The notes: generated by a model not told the origin, from the sequence alone. Numbered from the stretch's first letter, positions 41,323 to 53,300 are shown. The stretch is DNA of 64,000 nucleotides from Chloropicon primus (GCA_023205875.1 CP060756.1:372001-436000), one strand, 5' to 3'. A program made the numbers and translations.

Positions 41323-42141
41323 ATGATGGAAGAGGAAAGTATCTATGGTCTCTCGACTGAAGGGCCTGGTTTCGTGGAGAGTGTGGTGATGCAGGACGTG
41401 GACACGAGTCCTCTGAGAGGGAGGAACAGGCTGCAGGAGAGGCCCGTGGTGTACTGCAAGACGGCACCTCACCAGGACAGTTACCAGATTTCGAATATCT
41501 TGAACCCGGTGAGGGGAGTGAGGGACCAGATGAGACGTGAAGGAAAGCAGCCGAGGAACCATGCCAAGGACAATCTGATGGCCATCCGGAACCAGAGCTT
41601 GCAGAACAGGCTGCAGAAGGAGATCGGGAAGAAGCTTCCCGAGCAGAAGAGGAAGAGCAATAACGTTCGAAGCAGCAATTACGGCAAGGTGACGAGGCAG
41701 ACGACGAGCAACGTCTCGAGGCCCGCGTCGAGCAAGGACTTTATCAGTCAGAACAAGAGCGCCCTCCATGGCATGAAGTCCAAGAAGTCCGACAAGGCTC
41801 CCGAGCAGCTCTTCAAGGAGAAGGAGAACTACGGGAAGCTGCCGCGGTACCTGCTGGAGAGGAAGATCCAGCTGGCCGAGGAGTACGAGAGACGGCGGGA
41901 GGGAGAGAAGCACGCCCGTGCTCCTCCTGGAACAAGGCTCATGGCCGAGGACGAGAGGCTCCTCACGCTCGAGATGCTGGAGTCCAACAAGGCCGAGGTG
42001 GAGAAGCACCTCAAGCTCCTCCCCTTCGTGGTCGAGACGCCAAGCCAGATCAAGGCGAAGACCGACCTCGAGAACAGGCTCAAAGAAATCGAGGACGCCC
42101 AGCGCATGTTCTCCAGGCCTGTCGTGTATGTGAAAATATAA
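41323..42141 (+). CDS. Enkurin-domain (calmodulin-binding, cilium/centrosome-associated) protein
   Basis: PRNHAKDN, DFISQN, NYGKLPRYLLERK, PPGTRLMAEDER and LENRLKEIEDAQRMFSRPVVYV. Confidence 0.9.
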   Translation: MMEEESIYGLSTEGPGFVESVVMQDVDTSPLRGRNRLQERPVVYCKTAPHQDSYQISNILNPVRGVRDQMRREGKQPRNHAKDNLMAIRNQSLQNRLQKEIGKKLPEQKRKSNNVRSSNYGKVTRQTTSNVSRPASSKDFISQNKSALHGMKSKKSDKAPEQLFKEKENYGKLPRYLLERKIQLAEEYERRREGEKHARAPPGTRLMAEDERLLTLEMLESNKAEVEKHLKLLPFVVETPSQIKAKTDLENRLKEIEDAQRMFSRPVVYVKI

Positions 42142-42525
42142 ATGAAAGTGTGAACCACGAGGAGCTCGCGCCCCAGCCCTGGCATTGGCAAAGACGGACG
42201 GTTGTGACTCCGAACTCCCAACAACACTTTTGGCCTCAGCCAGGCCGGCTTACATGGATGTTTTTATTGTATTTTTTTCCAGAGAAAGCCCGTGACTGAT
42301 CTCGATCCAAGCTCAGCAGCAGAGGCCAGGAACTGGACACAGCTTCCTTCCCCTTCCCATCCAGATGTCCACAAGCACAAGGGACTCTCCTCCTCCTCCT
42401 TCTTCCTCTGTCCCTCTCCCTCTTCCTCTTCCCTCAGGAAACAAAATCCTGTCCTCTCATCGATCCAAACTCAGCAGCAGAGGCAGCAGAGGCCAAGAGC
42501 CAGAGGGACGAGAAGGAGGAGCGCC

Positions 42526-42711
42526 ATGTCACGACCGGCACTTGATAAAGCCCACAGGGTCTTCGTATCCTTCCTCGGCGTCGCCACTGTCGCTTCCGCG
42601 GCGTACTTTGGCATGAACGCGTACCAAATCGTGTCCCACGTTTACGGCCGACCGACCGAAGAAGAACAACGTGGTGCCACAGGAGCCAAGAGCGAGACTC
42701 CTCGAGGGTAA
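42526..42711 (+). CDS. COX14: Small single-TM protein, COX14-like cytochrome c oxidase assembly factor
   Basis: 61 aa with LDKAHRVFVSFLGVATV followed by a TM, resembling the COX14 family. The last few codons could differ if GTAACG at about 42708 is a splice donor. Confidence 0.65.
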   Translation: MSRPALDKAHRVFVSFLGVATVASAAYFGMNAYQIVSHVYGRPTEEEQRGATGAKSETPRG

Positions 42712-42955
42712 CGAGTTCCGTCAGAGGAAGGAGGGCTCCGCTTTGACTTCCTAAAGGACGCAGCCATCTTTGTATTCTATATATATTCTTTGCCGACGAG
42801 CGTTCCGGACCATCACGAAGCTTTCGTGGCAGACCAGAGAGAGAGAGAGAGAGGTATTGACATTGACATGGATCTAAAAAACTAACACGTGCTGATACAG
42901 GAGAGTCTTTGCTTTGTGATGAGCGAGCAAATCTGGGTGTGTGTGGTCGCCAGGG

Positions 42956-44580
42956 TCACCGGTGGCCCTCCCGGCGCGCCAGAGCGTTGACGCGGCCGTA
43001 GTAGGTCTGGCGAAGGAACATGTTCAAGACTGCTGTGTCAAAGTCGCTCGTGTGCCTGTGGCCTCCCTGCAGCTCACTCAGCTCTTGGTAGATCCAATCG
43101 ATCATCGGACCATCGAGGGAGAAGACAGGCCAGTCCTGGACGTAGTTCACGCCCATGTAGGCGTCCACTATGAGCCTTTCGTATGGATTCTCGACCCCCT
43201 GCATCGCCGGAAGGGGGATGACGATGGTCCCGTTGGAGTCGATCACGCCCTCGCTCCTCATCTTGCTCACGAGCTCCCGGGTCATTTCCAGGCCCCCGGT
43301 CTCCGGGAGCTTGCACAAGGAGTGGAAGCAGTCGTCGACGTCTCTCCTTTTGTTCACGTACAAGTTTGCTTCCACCCCAAGAGCTCGCATTTCGTCGACC
43401 CAGGGCTGCATCTCGCTCCTGGTGTTCACCAGGGGCACGTTGTCGCTGCCTCCGACGGCCACGATGGTCGGGGGCATCCTGTCGCTGCTCCTGGCGAGGA
43501 ACTGCCTCGTGACCCCCCAGGGGATGCTCATGTACTGCGCCTTCAGGGGCCTCCTCTGGATCTCAAAGGTCTCGGCCATCCAACCCTGGTACTGGCAGCC
43601 CCGGCTGACGCAGACCGCGAACACGGGCAAGCTGGGATCCATCCTCGTCTCCGCCACGATCTGCCAGAACGCCGCGTCCTGATTCCTCAGGTCCCTCTGC
43701 CTTGTTATCATGGTCCACTGGGCCACACTCTGCACCGCGCTGACAGCAAAGCCGTAGTCGATCAACTTCTTCATCATCGGTATGCGGTTGATTCGCACAA
43801 ACCCTGAGGCAAACGGAGAGAGACAGGGAGAAATGAAAGGGGAGAGGAGGTAAGCGGGAAACCGTCTCGTCAGCAGCAGATCGAATCGAGAGGACGGGTC
43901 TGTCCGCGCTCGGTGGCGCTCGGGTACTCACAGTCCTCGGAGCGGCCCACTCCAGCGCCGTGGATCAAGACAACGTATCCGACCGGGGACTTTGGGACGT
44001 GGTAGTAGAAGGACTGCCCGTTCACGTATCGGTGGGAGACGCAAGCTCCCGCGTACCTCCTGAAGTACGGGAACACGCAGTCCTGGTCCGGAAGCAGGCT
44101 CGTGATGTCGTCCGAGATCCTGGAGAAGGTCGAGTTCGCGGCGGGGTAGTGCCCGCCGGCCTGGGCACTGTTACACTCCACGCCCTGAAGGCAAAGGGAG
44201 CAGACCACCGCGAGGAGGCACAGCAGGAGCTGCCAGTACAAGCTCCTCAGGCACGCGGCCCTGCTCACTCTCTGGCGCAAGGTTCCGCTCGTCAGCCTCA
44301 CCTTGCTCTCGCCGCTCTCGAACTGGTTCCCCCCGGGGTGGGTGCTCGGCGTCGTCGACGGCAGCGACGACTTTCGGTCGACGCGTCCTTGATCGCCCCT
44401 CCCCTGCTCCCCCGGATCCTCGAACAGCTCCTCGGGCGACCAAAGCAATGCGAAGAGCCACTTCCTCCCCCTCTGCCTCCTGCTGCACGCGGAGTGCCCC
44501 AACCTCTTGAAGCTCGAGCACCTCATCGCTCCCTCGCCCTTGGACGAGGACGAGGCCAAGCACGCTTTCCTCCTAACCAT
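42956..44580 (-). CDS. Hypothetical membrane-anchored alpha/beta-hydrolase-like protein, 2 exons (44580-43932, 43803-42956)
   Basis: TM segment and VVLIHG. The GTGAGT...CAG intron joins RSED|WFVRIN in frame. LPVFAVCVSRG resembles a degenerate nucleophile elbow. Confidence 0.65.
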
Positions 44581-45330
44581 CCCCGCCCTAGCGACCCCAA
44601 TTGACGCGCGTCGGTGATGGGTATCGCGATGGCGATGGCGATGCAGCCCAACGCACTCGAGCTTCCCTTGCTTTGCCGAGAGAGCGAGCGTGCCGGGCAA
44701 AAGGAAGGAGAGGAGTGGCAACACAGTGCGGTCGACGATGGCGAGAAGGAGAGACCAAGCCAAACCCAAACCTCCAGCTGTCAAGCGGGCCGAACAAAAC
44801 AAAAACTCTGCAAGCTCTCTCAATCCTAGCCGTTACACCGTTACATTCGATGATGCAGGAAAAGGGTGTACACTGTACACCTTTTTAGACACATTGATTT
44901 TTCAAATCGGGAGAGACAGACAAGAGCGAGCGAGAGAGAGAGAGAGGAGAGAGGAGGGAGGGAGAAGAGGTTGAGGACAAGGCCTCGCGTCTTTGAGGAG
45001 GTTGTAACCTTTTCTGATCGGTGGACCGTCTTGTTACCTTTCGATTGGTACCAACATCGCTAGGGTTTCGCTCGGGAGGGACTGGTTCGTCGTCGATTTC
45101 CATTCGAGGGAGGGACAGAGCAGCAGTCGGAGGAGAGCAGAGAGGGAGGGAGGCGGATACGTTCGGACAGGAACGAGGGGGATCGGTTTCTTGTTCGCTT
45201 CTTTTCTTCCTGTTGATCTTCTCTTCTTCGCGGCGGATCTAGCAAAGGTTGAGGCCACGCGAGAGGCGAGAAGCGAGTCGATACGATCGTCGATAGAGGA
45301 GAAAGGGCTTGGCCTCTTCAGGATACTGCG

Positions 45331-46110
45331 ATGAGAAGGTCGTCGCTGAGAGGTTCGGCCGCGAGGGGTCGTCCCATCGATGCTCTGCCGCGGTGCGTTG
45401 TGAGGTCCTCCTCGGTGGCTTTGGGAGGGAAGCGTGCGCCTCGACTGGACTGCGCGACGCGTGCCAGCTCGGGGGGGAACAGCTACGAGGTGGAGTCCCA
45501 CAGCGGGTTGGACAACGAGGCGTACGAGCAGTTCCCGAACGTGATGCCGTACACCGTCAAGTCGGCGGCGTGGTCTGCGAAGAGGAAGAGGATGAGGAGC
45601 ATGGAGGCGCAAGCCTGGAAGGAGGAGATGGAGAGCCTGAAGAGTCAGTGGACGGGCCAAAACGGCGCTGGTGGGTTGGGTGAGGGTGCGGGGGAGAGCG
45701 GGCCCGGCGGAGCGGGCGTGGGCATGGACGACTGGCACTGGTGCGACCACGCGGAGGCGCTCAGGAATTGGGAGGAGGAGAGGCGCAGCTGGGCAAGCAA
45801 CAGGGACAGAGCCTTTCGAGTGGCCCAGCAGAGGCTGAACTCGTACCGAGCTTCCCAGCCGAGGAAGCCTACGTTGCCGGATTACGGCGACCCCGACCCC
45901 AATGGCTTCTACAGCGTCCTGGGCATCCCTTGCCATGCTTCGGCCGAGGAGCTGAAGACGGCGTTCAGGGCGAAGGCAAAGGATTTGCACCCCGACGTCG
46001 CCGGGGATACCGCGGAGGCGGACGGCAAGATGAAGACGCTTCTGAGGGCGTACGCCGTCCTCAAAGACCCCGCCTCCAGAACCATGTATGATAGGAATGT
46101 ACGCTTTTAA
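45331..46110 (+). CDS. J-domain (DnaJ) protein, probably organelle-targeted
   Basis: C-terminal J domain FYSVLGI...AFRAKAKDLHPD...AYAVLKDPASRTMYD and an Arg/Ser-rich N-terminus. Confidence 0.9.
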   Translation: MRRSSLRGSAARGRPIDALPRCVVRSSSVALGGKRAPRLDCATRASSGGNSYEVESHSGLDNEAYEQFPNVMPYTVKSAAWSAKRKRMRSMEAQAWKEEMESLKSQWTGQNGAGGLGEGAGESGPGGAGVGMDDWHWCDHAEALRNWEEERRSWASNRDRAFRVAQQRLNSYRASQPRKPTLPDYGDPDPNGFYSVLGIPCHASAEELKTAFRAKAKDLHPDVAGDTAEADGKMKTLLRAYAVLKDPASRTMYDRNVRF

Positions 46111-46499
46111 TGATCGACTTTGCTTTTGCTCACGTCACGTCACGTCCTCTCCTTTATTTTGGTTTTGGGCTTCAATCCGCGAGCTGCGGTGCGGCGTGCC
46201 TGCCTCCTCTGAGAAAGGAAAGGGTGGGAAAGCATCATCCGGTTTCCGCAGAAAACCTTTTTGGTGGTCTCTGACGCACTGGCAAGGCTCTCCACCCACC
46301 GGCCCCATGCCCCATTCATCATGACCCCCCCTTCCTTTGGTTTGGTCTTGTACGACAGATGGGACAAAAGCCCAAGCGAAGCGGTTCACTGAGTGGGGGA
46401 CTTTCGGGAACGAGGCACCCGAGCGGGTTGGGTGTGATGTAGAGCAAAGAGGAAGCAAAGTGGTGACCTTGTGTTGAACTTCAGTCTCCCTTACCGGTC

Positions 46500-47402
46500 A
46501 TGAAGCCGTCTCCCTCGTCACCCAGCAGCTGTTCCAAGATCTTGGCCTCCACAAACAGGCTCCTGGCCTGCATCTTGCTGCTTGTCGTGGCAGCTAGTGT
46601 TGTGAGGACCGCCTTGCTCTTCTCGAGAGAGGACCTCATCGCCAAGGACCTCACTGGCGGCGACGAGTACACCATCCAAGGGTCCAGGAGAGAGAGGGCA
46701 ACCACCTCGAGGAGGAAGGCTGGTGCTGGCAAGGTGGAGAGGCCACGACCCAGTCGAAGTGTTAAGGCCAAGAGGAACACTCGCTCGGGCTCGCGACGGT
46801 CCTCTGCCACTCCTCGGGAGGGGTCTCCAACCGGTGGAGTGGCGAGGCATTCGAGAGCCCACAAGGTCGTCGATGCCATCGAAGTGCGCGGTGGGATTCC
46901 GGAGGACTATCAAATGAGGAAGCCAGCACCAGCAGTGAAGGATGAGACTGGTGCTTACGTTTGGCTTGACGCCGGGATCGAGTCAGCTGAGAAGGGAATG
47001 GAGTCAGCATCCGCTGCAGGAAAGTTCGGCACCGTCCTTGACGACCTCATAGAAGAGCCAGCAGTCAAGGGGTACATTGACGTGGGCAAAGACGACTACG
47101 ATGGCGGCGATGACGGCCTTGAGTACGCGTACGTCTTCTGGGAAGAGGGGGAGGACGTCGGAGAAGAGGGCGGACTTGACAGTCTTGCAATTTACGCGCA
47201 CGAAACAGGGTTCAGTGATACGGATGCGGAGCAAGATGGTCACAATCAGGACCTATCGGTAGACGACGACCACAAAGGGGACCTTGGTGCTGGCGACGAG
47301 GAGCATCTTGTGCTCTCCGAAGAGGAAGCCGTCGGGGAGAACCTCCAGGGGAGCGACCTTCTTCAGCTGAACATTGAGCAAGTGGACCAGGAGCAGCGCT
47401 AG
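46500..47402 (+). CDS. Hypothetical single-TM protein with basic then acidic low-complexity regions
   Basis: 300-aa ORF with an N-terminal hydrophobic helix. TGTAA at 47525. Confidence 0.65.
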   Translation: MKPSPSSPSSCSKILASTNRLLACILLLVVAASVVRTALLFSREDLIAKDLTGGDEYTIQGSRRERATTSRRKAGAGKVERPRPSRSVKAKRNTRSGSRRSSATPREGSPTGGVARHSRAHKVVDAIEVRGGIPEDYQMRKPAPAVKDETGAYVWLDAGIESAEKGMESASAAGKFGTVLDDLIEEPAVKGYIDVGKDDYDGGDDGLEYAYVFWEEGEDVGEEGGLDSLAIYAHETGFSDTDAEQDGHNQDLSVDDDHKGDLGAGDEEHLVLSEEEAVGENLQGSDLLQLNIEQVDQEQR

Positions 47403-47426
47403 TCGCCGCGGGGGCGTTGGATGTGG

Positions 47427-47434
47427 CACACACA

Positions 47435-47494
<60 letters not shown>
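47427..47494. repeat. Compound (CA)n(GA)n microsatellite
   Basis: Directly visible dinucleotide runs. Confidence 0.95.
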
Positions 47495-47497
<3 letters not shown>

Positions 47498-47606
47498 TCT
47501 TGCGCGTGTGTGCGAGCTTAAATCTGTAAAGGGAATGGTATAAACAGAGATGGATTGTATTTTACTCCACCATTTTGCTGTCCCTCACTCCCCACCCCCC
47601 GCGGGT

Positions 47607-48318
47607 TCACAATTCACCTCCTTTACCACTAAAGTCCATGTCTACCGAGGAAGCCTCAAAGTCGTTAATGGAGCCCGTACTCCACTCCCTGACACGCAGC
47701 AGCAGCAGCAGCAGGAGGAGGAGGAGAATAAAAAGAAACCAGAGGTCAGCATCATCGACAGATCCTTCCTTTCCTTGGATTGGAATTCCTCCTCTCTCTC
47801 ACTCTCTTCACACGACGAGACGAGACGACTTACCCGTCGATGCTTTGGTAAAATATCTTCTGCAGCCTGAAGACATCTGTTCTGCACTTCTTCTTCTGTC
47901 CAATGTTCAACCAGTACGCCGTCTTGTCCTCGAGCTTCTTCATGCCGCACTCGCAGAGTTGGAACTTGCTCTGGAACTTCTTGCCCAGGTTGCCCTCGAA
48001 GTAGTTGAAGACCTCCCTCCAGTGCTTGGACCTCGGCTGTTGGGTTCAGTCATTGAGAATTGGTGTTGGTGGTTAGTACTTGCGTCTCCCACGAGCATGG
48101 CCAAGGCCAAGAGATTCGATTCCTCGAGCATCAATAGATAGGTCAGCAGGCAAGGCGGTAACACTTACGTTTCCTCTCTTGAAAAACTTTGGAATCATAT
48201 TCCTGGCAAAGTCCTCGTTCGTGCGTATGATTTCCTCTGGAGACATGGGTGCGGCCTCGCACAACCCAGCCACAAAGACCATGACGGCCATGAATACAAG
48301 GCACAGACTTCTGGCCAT
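47607..48318 (-). CDS. Small secreted/ER protein, 3 exons (48318-48169, 48036-47834, 47688-47607)
   Basis: Signal peptide MARSLCLVFMAVMVFVAGLCEA. Two GTAAGT...CAG introns give a continuous frame of about 144 aa ending in GGEL. An alternative in-frame ATG is at 48336. Confidence 0.75.
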
Positions 48319-48808
48319 CGTGTTCCTCACTCCCATCCTCTCTTGTCAACCCAACCTGTACGTGCTTGCGAAACAATTCAATGGCGACCGCCCAAGGAAA
48401 GGAAGCTTGGCTTGGGCTTGGGCTTGGCTTGGTGTCCACCTGGAAACCCTTTCGCGTTGGTCCAGAGAACGTCGTTGTGTTCCTTGTTGTGATGCCTTGT
48501 TGAGAGGAACGTCGTACAGAGAAGGCCAGGGAGAGGCTCCAAGGATGATGCTCCTCTTCTCTTCTCTTCTCTCCTTTCCTTTCCTTTCCTTTCCTCTTCT
48601 CTCTCGGCTTTGGTTAACCCAATGCCGAGGCCCTCCCCTCCCTCCCAAGACAAGACAAGACAAGAAGGAACGAAGAAGGAAGAAGGAAGAAGGAAGAGAT
48701 TGTCCTTCCCCTCCTCTCCTCTCCTCTTCTCTCTCTCTCTCTCTCCTGGATGAGAAACGAGTGTACAGCTTTCTTATCCATTTGAACCAGCTGAAGCAGA
48801 GAGAGGCC

Positions 48809-48841
<33 letters not shown>

Positions 48842-49048
48842 GCATCTCTTCGACCGCTTTGCTTCGCTCCGGAAACCTGCCTCTGCCTCTACCCTTGGTT
48901 CAGGACGGGAAAGAGGTTTTTGTTTTTCGTTTTTTCGTTTTCGTATTGGTTTGTGGGGTTTCCAGCAGCAGCATCGAGGAGTTGCTCTTTGCTGGTCCAT
49001 CCCAACTCCCCACACCATCTCGTCGTCGTCGTCGTCGTCGTCGTGTGG

Positions 49049-50176
49049 ATGGGTGGGTTATCGGCGGGAACCCTCAACTACAGGGCCCTGCTGTGCTCTC
49101 TGCGGAAGGCTGGGATAAGAGGCCAGAGGCTTGGACGCATCGGGAAGCCTCTCCTCGCCCTTCACCACCACCACCAGCGACAACACACCCACTGGGAAGC
49201 AGCAGCAGCAGCAGCTCCCGCGTTCTCGTCGTCGTTGTCGCCGCCGCCGCCGCTGCCGTCGTCGTCGGGTCGTCTGGAGAGGACCCTGTCGTCCTCCCTG
49301 TCGTCCTCGTCGTCGCGGAGGATCTGCTGCTTGTTCTCGACGGCTCGCCAAGTGGCGTGGACGAACACCTACGTGACGAGGGAGAAGGGCAAGGAGTCCC
49401 TCGTGCTGGAGTCTGGAGGGATGAAGCGGAAGCTGTACGCCGTGAAGAAGGGGAGGCAGCCAGGGCTGTACAACACGTGGAAGGAAGCGGAGGAGCAAGT
49501 GAAGGGGTTCCGGAACGCGGTGCACAGGGCCTTCTCGTCGGAGAAGGAGGCGGAGAGCTACCTGCTGGAAGGGAAGCCGGGGGCCGGGGTCGCCCTGCAG
49601 GAGGCAGAGCGCTCCAGAGGGGGGACGGCCGGTCGGGTGGGAAGCGAGGGGGAGGTGAAGAAGGTGGCGGCGAAGAAAGGAAAGGGGAAAGAGAAGAGGG
49701 GGCCGAAAGCGGCGAGCAGGAAGGACCTCAAGTCGATCGTCCGTCAATCCAGCGCGAGGGCGGGGGAGTACCACGTGATACAGTTTGACGGCGGGGCCAG
49801 GGGAAACCCCGGGATCGCGGGCGCGGGCGTCGTCCTCTTTAGCCCGGAGGGGGACATCGTAGAAAAGAAGTCGCTCTTTCTGGGAGAGAGGGTGACGAAC
49901 AACCAAGCGGAGTACCAGGCGCTGATCATGGGCCTTCAGCTCGGGCTGGACCTGGGCCACACGAAGCTGGAAGTCGAGGGGGACTCGGAGCTCGTCATAA
50001 ATCAGGTCGTGGGGAACTACGAGGTGAACAACAAGAAGCTCAAGGCGCTGATGAAAAAGGTCGTAGAGGTTCTTGAGCAGATGGAGGACATCGTCATCAG
50101 GCACATACCCCGGGACCAAAACAAGATCGCGGATGAGCTGGCCAACATCGCGATGGACACAATGACGGGCGAGTGA
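49049..50176 (+). CDS. RNH1: Ribonuclease H1 with N-terminal hybrid-binding domain
   Basis: Hybrid-binding domain LYAVKKGRQPGLYNTWKEAEEQVKGF and catalytic motifs FDGGARGNPG, TNNQAEY, GDSELV and NKIADELAN. The N-terminus is transit-like and a second Met lies at 49421. Confidence 0.93.
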   Translation: MGGLSAGTLNYRALLCSLRKAGIRGQRLGRIGKPLLALHHHHQRQHTHWEAAAAAAPAFSSSLSPPPPLPSSSGRLERTLSSSLSSSSSRRICCLFSTARQVAWTNTYVTREKGKESLVLESGGMKRKLYAVKKGRQPGLYNTWKEAEEQVKGFRNAVHRAFSSEKEAESYLLEGKPGAGVALQEAERSRGGTAGRVGSEGEVKKVAAKKGKGKEKRGPKAASRKDLKSIVRQSSARAGEYHVIQFDGGARGNPGIAGAGVVLFSPEGDIVEKKSLFLGERVTNNQAEYQALIMGLQLGLDLGHTKLEVEGDSELVINQVVGNYEVNNKKLKALMKKVVEVLEQMEDIVIRHIPRDQNKIADELANIAMDTMTGE

Positions 50177-50326
50177 TTGATCGAATACTCTCTACTAAAT
50201 CTAATCTAACTAGTACATTTACAAATGATTGTGTGTGGCCTTTACATGCTAATGGCGAATGAATATACTTATGCGCGCGTGTGTGTGTGTGTGAAATTTT
50301 GACGGCAAGCACAAATGAACGAGATC

Positions 50327-53300
50327 CTAGGCATTCTGCTCCACCATGACCTCGGTCTCAATGTCCTCGTTGGCAGCCTCGGGGGTTCCCAACTCAGAGG
50401 GAGGCACAATCTGCCAGAACTTTGGAAGCTCGTTGCTCCAGTTGTCAAGCAGCATCTTCGCCTTCTTCGACTTCGTCTTCTCAAAGTGATCCGAGATCAA
50501 GCCCTTGAGCTGCTGCTCGCCGGCGCTGCTCTTCACTCTTTGAGCGATGACAATCTCTGTGTTCAGCTTGGAGCAGAACGATTCGTCCTCGTCGTAGAAG
50601 TAGCCGAGACCTCCAGTCATACCAGCACCAACGTTCCTGCCAACAGGTCCCAGAACAACGACGCAACCTCCGGTCATGTACTCGCAGCAGTGGTCACCGA
50701 CGCCCTCGATGACGGCGTCGGCCATGCTGTTCCTGACAGAGAATCTTTCGCCGGCCCTTCCGCTAGCGAAGAGTCTTCCTCCAGTTGCACCGTAAAGGGC
50801 AGTGTTGCCAATGACAACAGAGCTCGTTGCCTCGGCTTGCAAGTCGGCGGGCGGCATGATGGACACCTCTCCGCCAGCCATTCCCTTGCAAACGTAGTCA
50901 TTGCCCTCTCCCACGAGCTTGACATTGATGCCTCCCACAAGGAAGCAACCAAAGCTTTGGCCGGCAGAACCGTTCAGATTGATGTTGATCGAACCCGCAA
51001 AGCCATTGTCGCCATACCTATAGGCAACGTGGCCACCGATCCTTCCGCCGAAGGCTCTGTCGACGTTGATGATGTCAGTAGTGATGTCAAAGGTACCCTC
51101 GGTCTCCACGGCGTTCTGGAAGTCCTTGTCGGCGATGATCGTGTCCTCCAACTGAGGACCGTTGGAGTGAGTGGCTTGGCTGATCCTCTCAGAGCTCACC
51201 ATGGAGCTAGATCCAGCGTACTGCGTCAAGAAAGAGGCATCGAAGTTCTGCGTCTTTTCCAGAGGAACGTCCCTCTGCTTGAGCAAATCACCTCTTCCGA
51301 TGAGCTCGTCCATGGTTCTGTAACCCATGGCAGCCATCTCCTCCCTCACTTCCTCTGCAATGAACAGGAAGAAGTTCACGAGGTCCGAAGGAGTTCCAGG
51401 GAACTTCTTCCTCAGGTCCTCCCTCTGGCTGGCGACACCGACTGGGCAGTTGTTCGTGTGGCAGATTCTCGCCATGATGCACCCGGTAGCGATCATAGCC
51501 AGAGTTCCAAAGCCATACTCATCTGCGCCGAGAAGGGCACTCATCATGACGTCCCTGCCACACCTAAGCCCTCCGTCGGCGCGCAAGATCACCCTGTCCC
51601 TCAACTGGTTCTCAGTCAGAGAAATGTGGGTTTCCGCCAAGCCGAGCTCCAAGGGGCCACCGCAGTGCTTGATGGAACTGACAGGGCTCGCGCCCGTACC
51701 ACCGTCGTGGCCAGAGATTTGGATGACATCAGCGTTTGCCTTGGCCACACCACTAGCGATGGTGCCAATTCCAGCCTGAGCCACAAGCTTCACGCTGACC
51801 TTGGCGTTCTCGTTCACTTGATGGAGATCATAGATGAGCTGGGCCAGATCCTCAATCGAGTAAATGTCGTGGTGTGGAGGCGGAGAAATCAGCGGAACAC
51901 CAGGCTTCGAGCGACGAAGCGACGCAATATAGGGAGAAACCTTCTTTCCTGGCAGCTGACCGCCTTCGCCGGGCTTGGCACCCTGAGCAATCTTGATCTC
52001 AAGCTGGTTGGCATTGGCAAGGAAGTGCGGGGTGACACCAAATCTTCCACTGGCAACCTGCTTGACAGCAGAAGTCGCAATGTCTCCGTTCTGCAAGCCC
52101 TTCAGGTAGTCGAAGGAATCGGATACACCGTCCTCGTTGACATCGTCCACAGGCACCCAACGGATCGGGTCCTCTCCACCCTCACCAGAGTTCGACTTTC
52201 CACCAATTCTGTTCATTGCAATGGCAATGACCTCGTGGGTCTCTCTGCTGATCGCTCCAAGACTCATGCCACCAGTGCAGAACCTCTCCACAATCTTGCT
52301 CGCGGGTTCAACCTCATCGATAGGGATGGCGTCGCGATCGCTCTTGATCTCAAGCATGTCCCTCAAAGTTGTGATGGGGGCTTTCTCCATGTGCTCCTGG
52401 TACACCCTGAAGTTCTCAATGGCAGGGTTCTTGCCACCAAGGCCAACAGCCTTGTGCAACAGCTTGGACATCTCAGGGTTCGCGGCATGGTACTCGCCGG
52501 TAGGCCTCGAAGTGATGAAGCCAAAGAATGGCAGCTTGCTTGGCAATTCAGGGAAAGCCTGGTTCCAGAAAGACATCGTTTCGCGGGCAAGGTCGTCCAT
52601 GGTCATGCCCCCGATGCGGGAGACGCTCCCGACAAAGGAGGTGTCCACGACATCCTTGGCAAGACCGTAGATGTCGAAAATCTGCGCTCCCTGGTAGGAG
52701 GACAGGAGCGAGAAGCCCATCTTCGACAAGATCTTCTTCAGACCCTTGTTGATAGCGAACCTGTAGTTGAACTGGCAGTCCTCGATCGAAATGTTGGAAA
52801 CTCTTCCCTTCTTGATGAGGCTCTCGGTCTTTGGAGACATGCGCCACTGCCTGCAAGTCTCCAGAGCCAAGTACGGGCAGACCGCGCTGACGCCGTAGCC
52901 AACGAGGCAAGCAAAGTGGTGGGTAGAGAAGGCCTGGGCGGTCTCACAGACGATGGAAGCCTCCGTACGGAGGCCCTGGTCGATGAGGTGGTGATTCACC
53001 GCTCCCGCGATGAGAAGGATAGGAATTGCAGGATCCTCGGCGCTCAGCTTTCCGTCCTTGAAGCCGCCGACCTCTGGCTTGTCGCTAAGGACGACGCACT
53101 GGCAGCCGGCACGGACGGCTTCCTCTGCTTCCTTGCAAATCTTCTCGATGGTCTTCGACATGTCGCTTCCCGCCTTGAAGAAGGTGGAGAACTTCTTCGC
53201 CTGGAGGAAGTCCGTGTTCATCACCTCCTCGAGCTCGTCCTCGATGAGGACGGGGGAGCTCAAGTTGGCCTGCACGACACTGTCGGCCTCTGGCTTGAGA

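Noticed and set aside
46300..46410. Minus-strand GAAAGTCCCC ... AATGGGGC resembling RNase MRP CR-I/CR-V
   Set aside because: The spacing is only about 90 nt, the CR-V match is imperfect, and I could not build P1-P3 helices. An Infernal search with the RNase MRP model would settle it.
49770..50176. Archaeal/actinobacterial-type RNase H domain as a possible LTR-retrotransposon remnant
   Set aside because: There is no RT, integrase, gag or LTR nearby, and the hybrid-binding domain and targeting leader match the cellular RNH1 gene.
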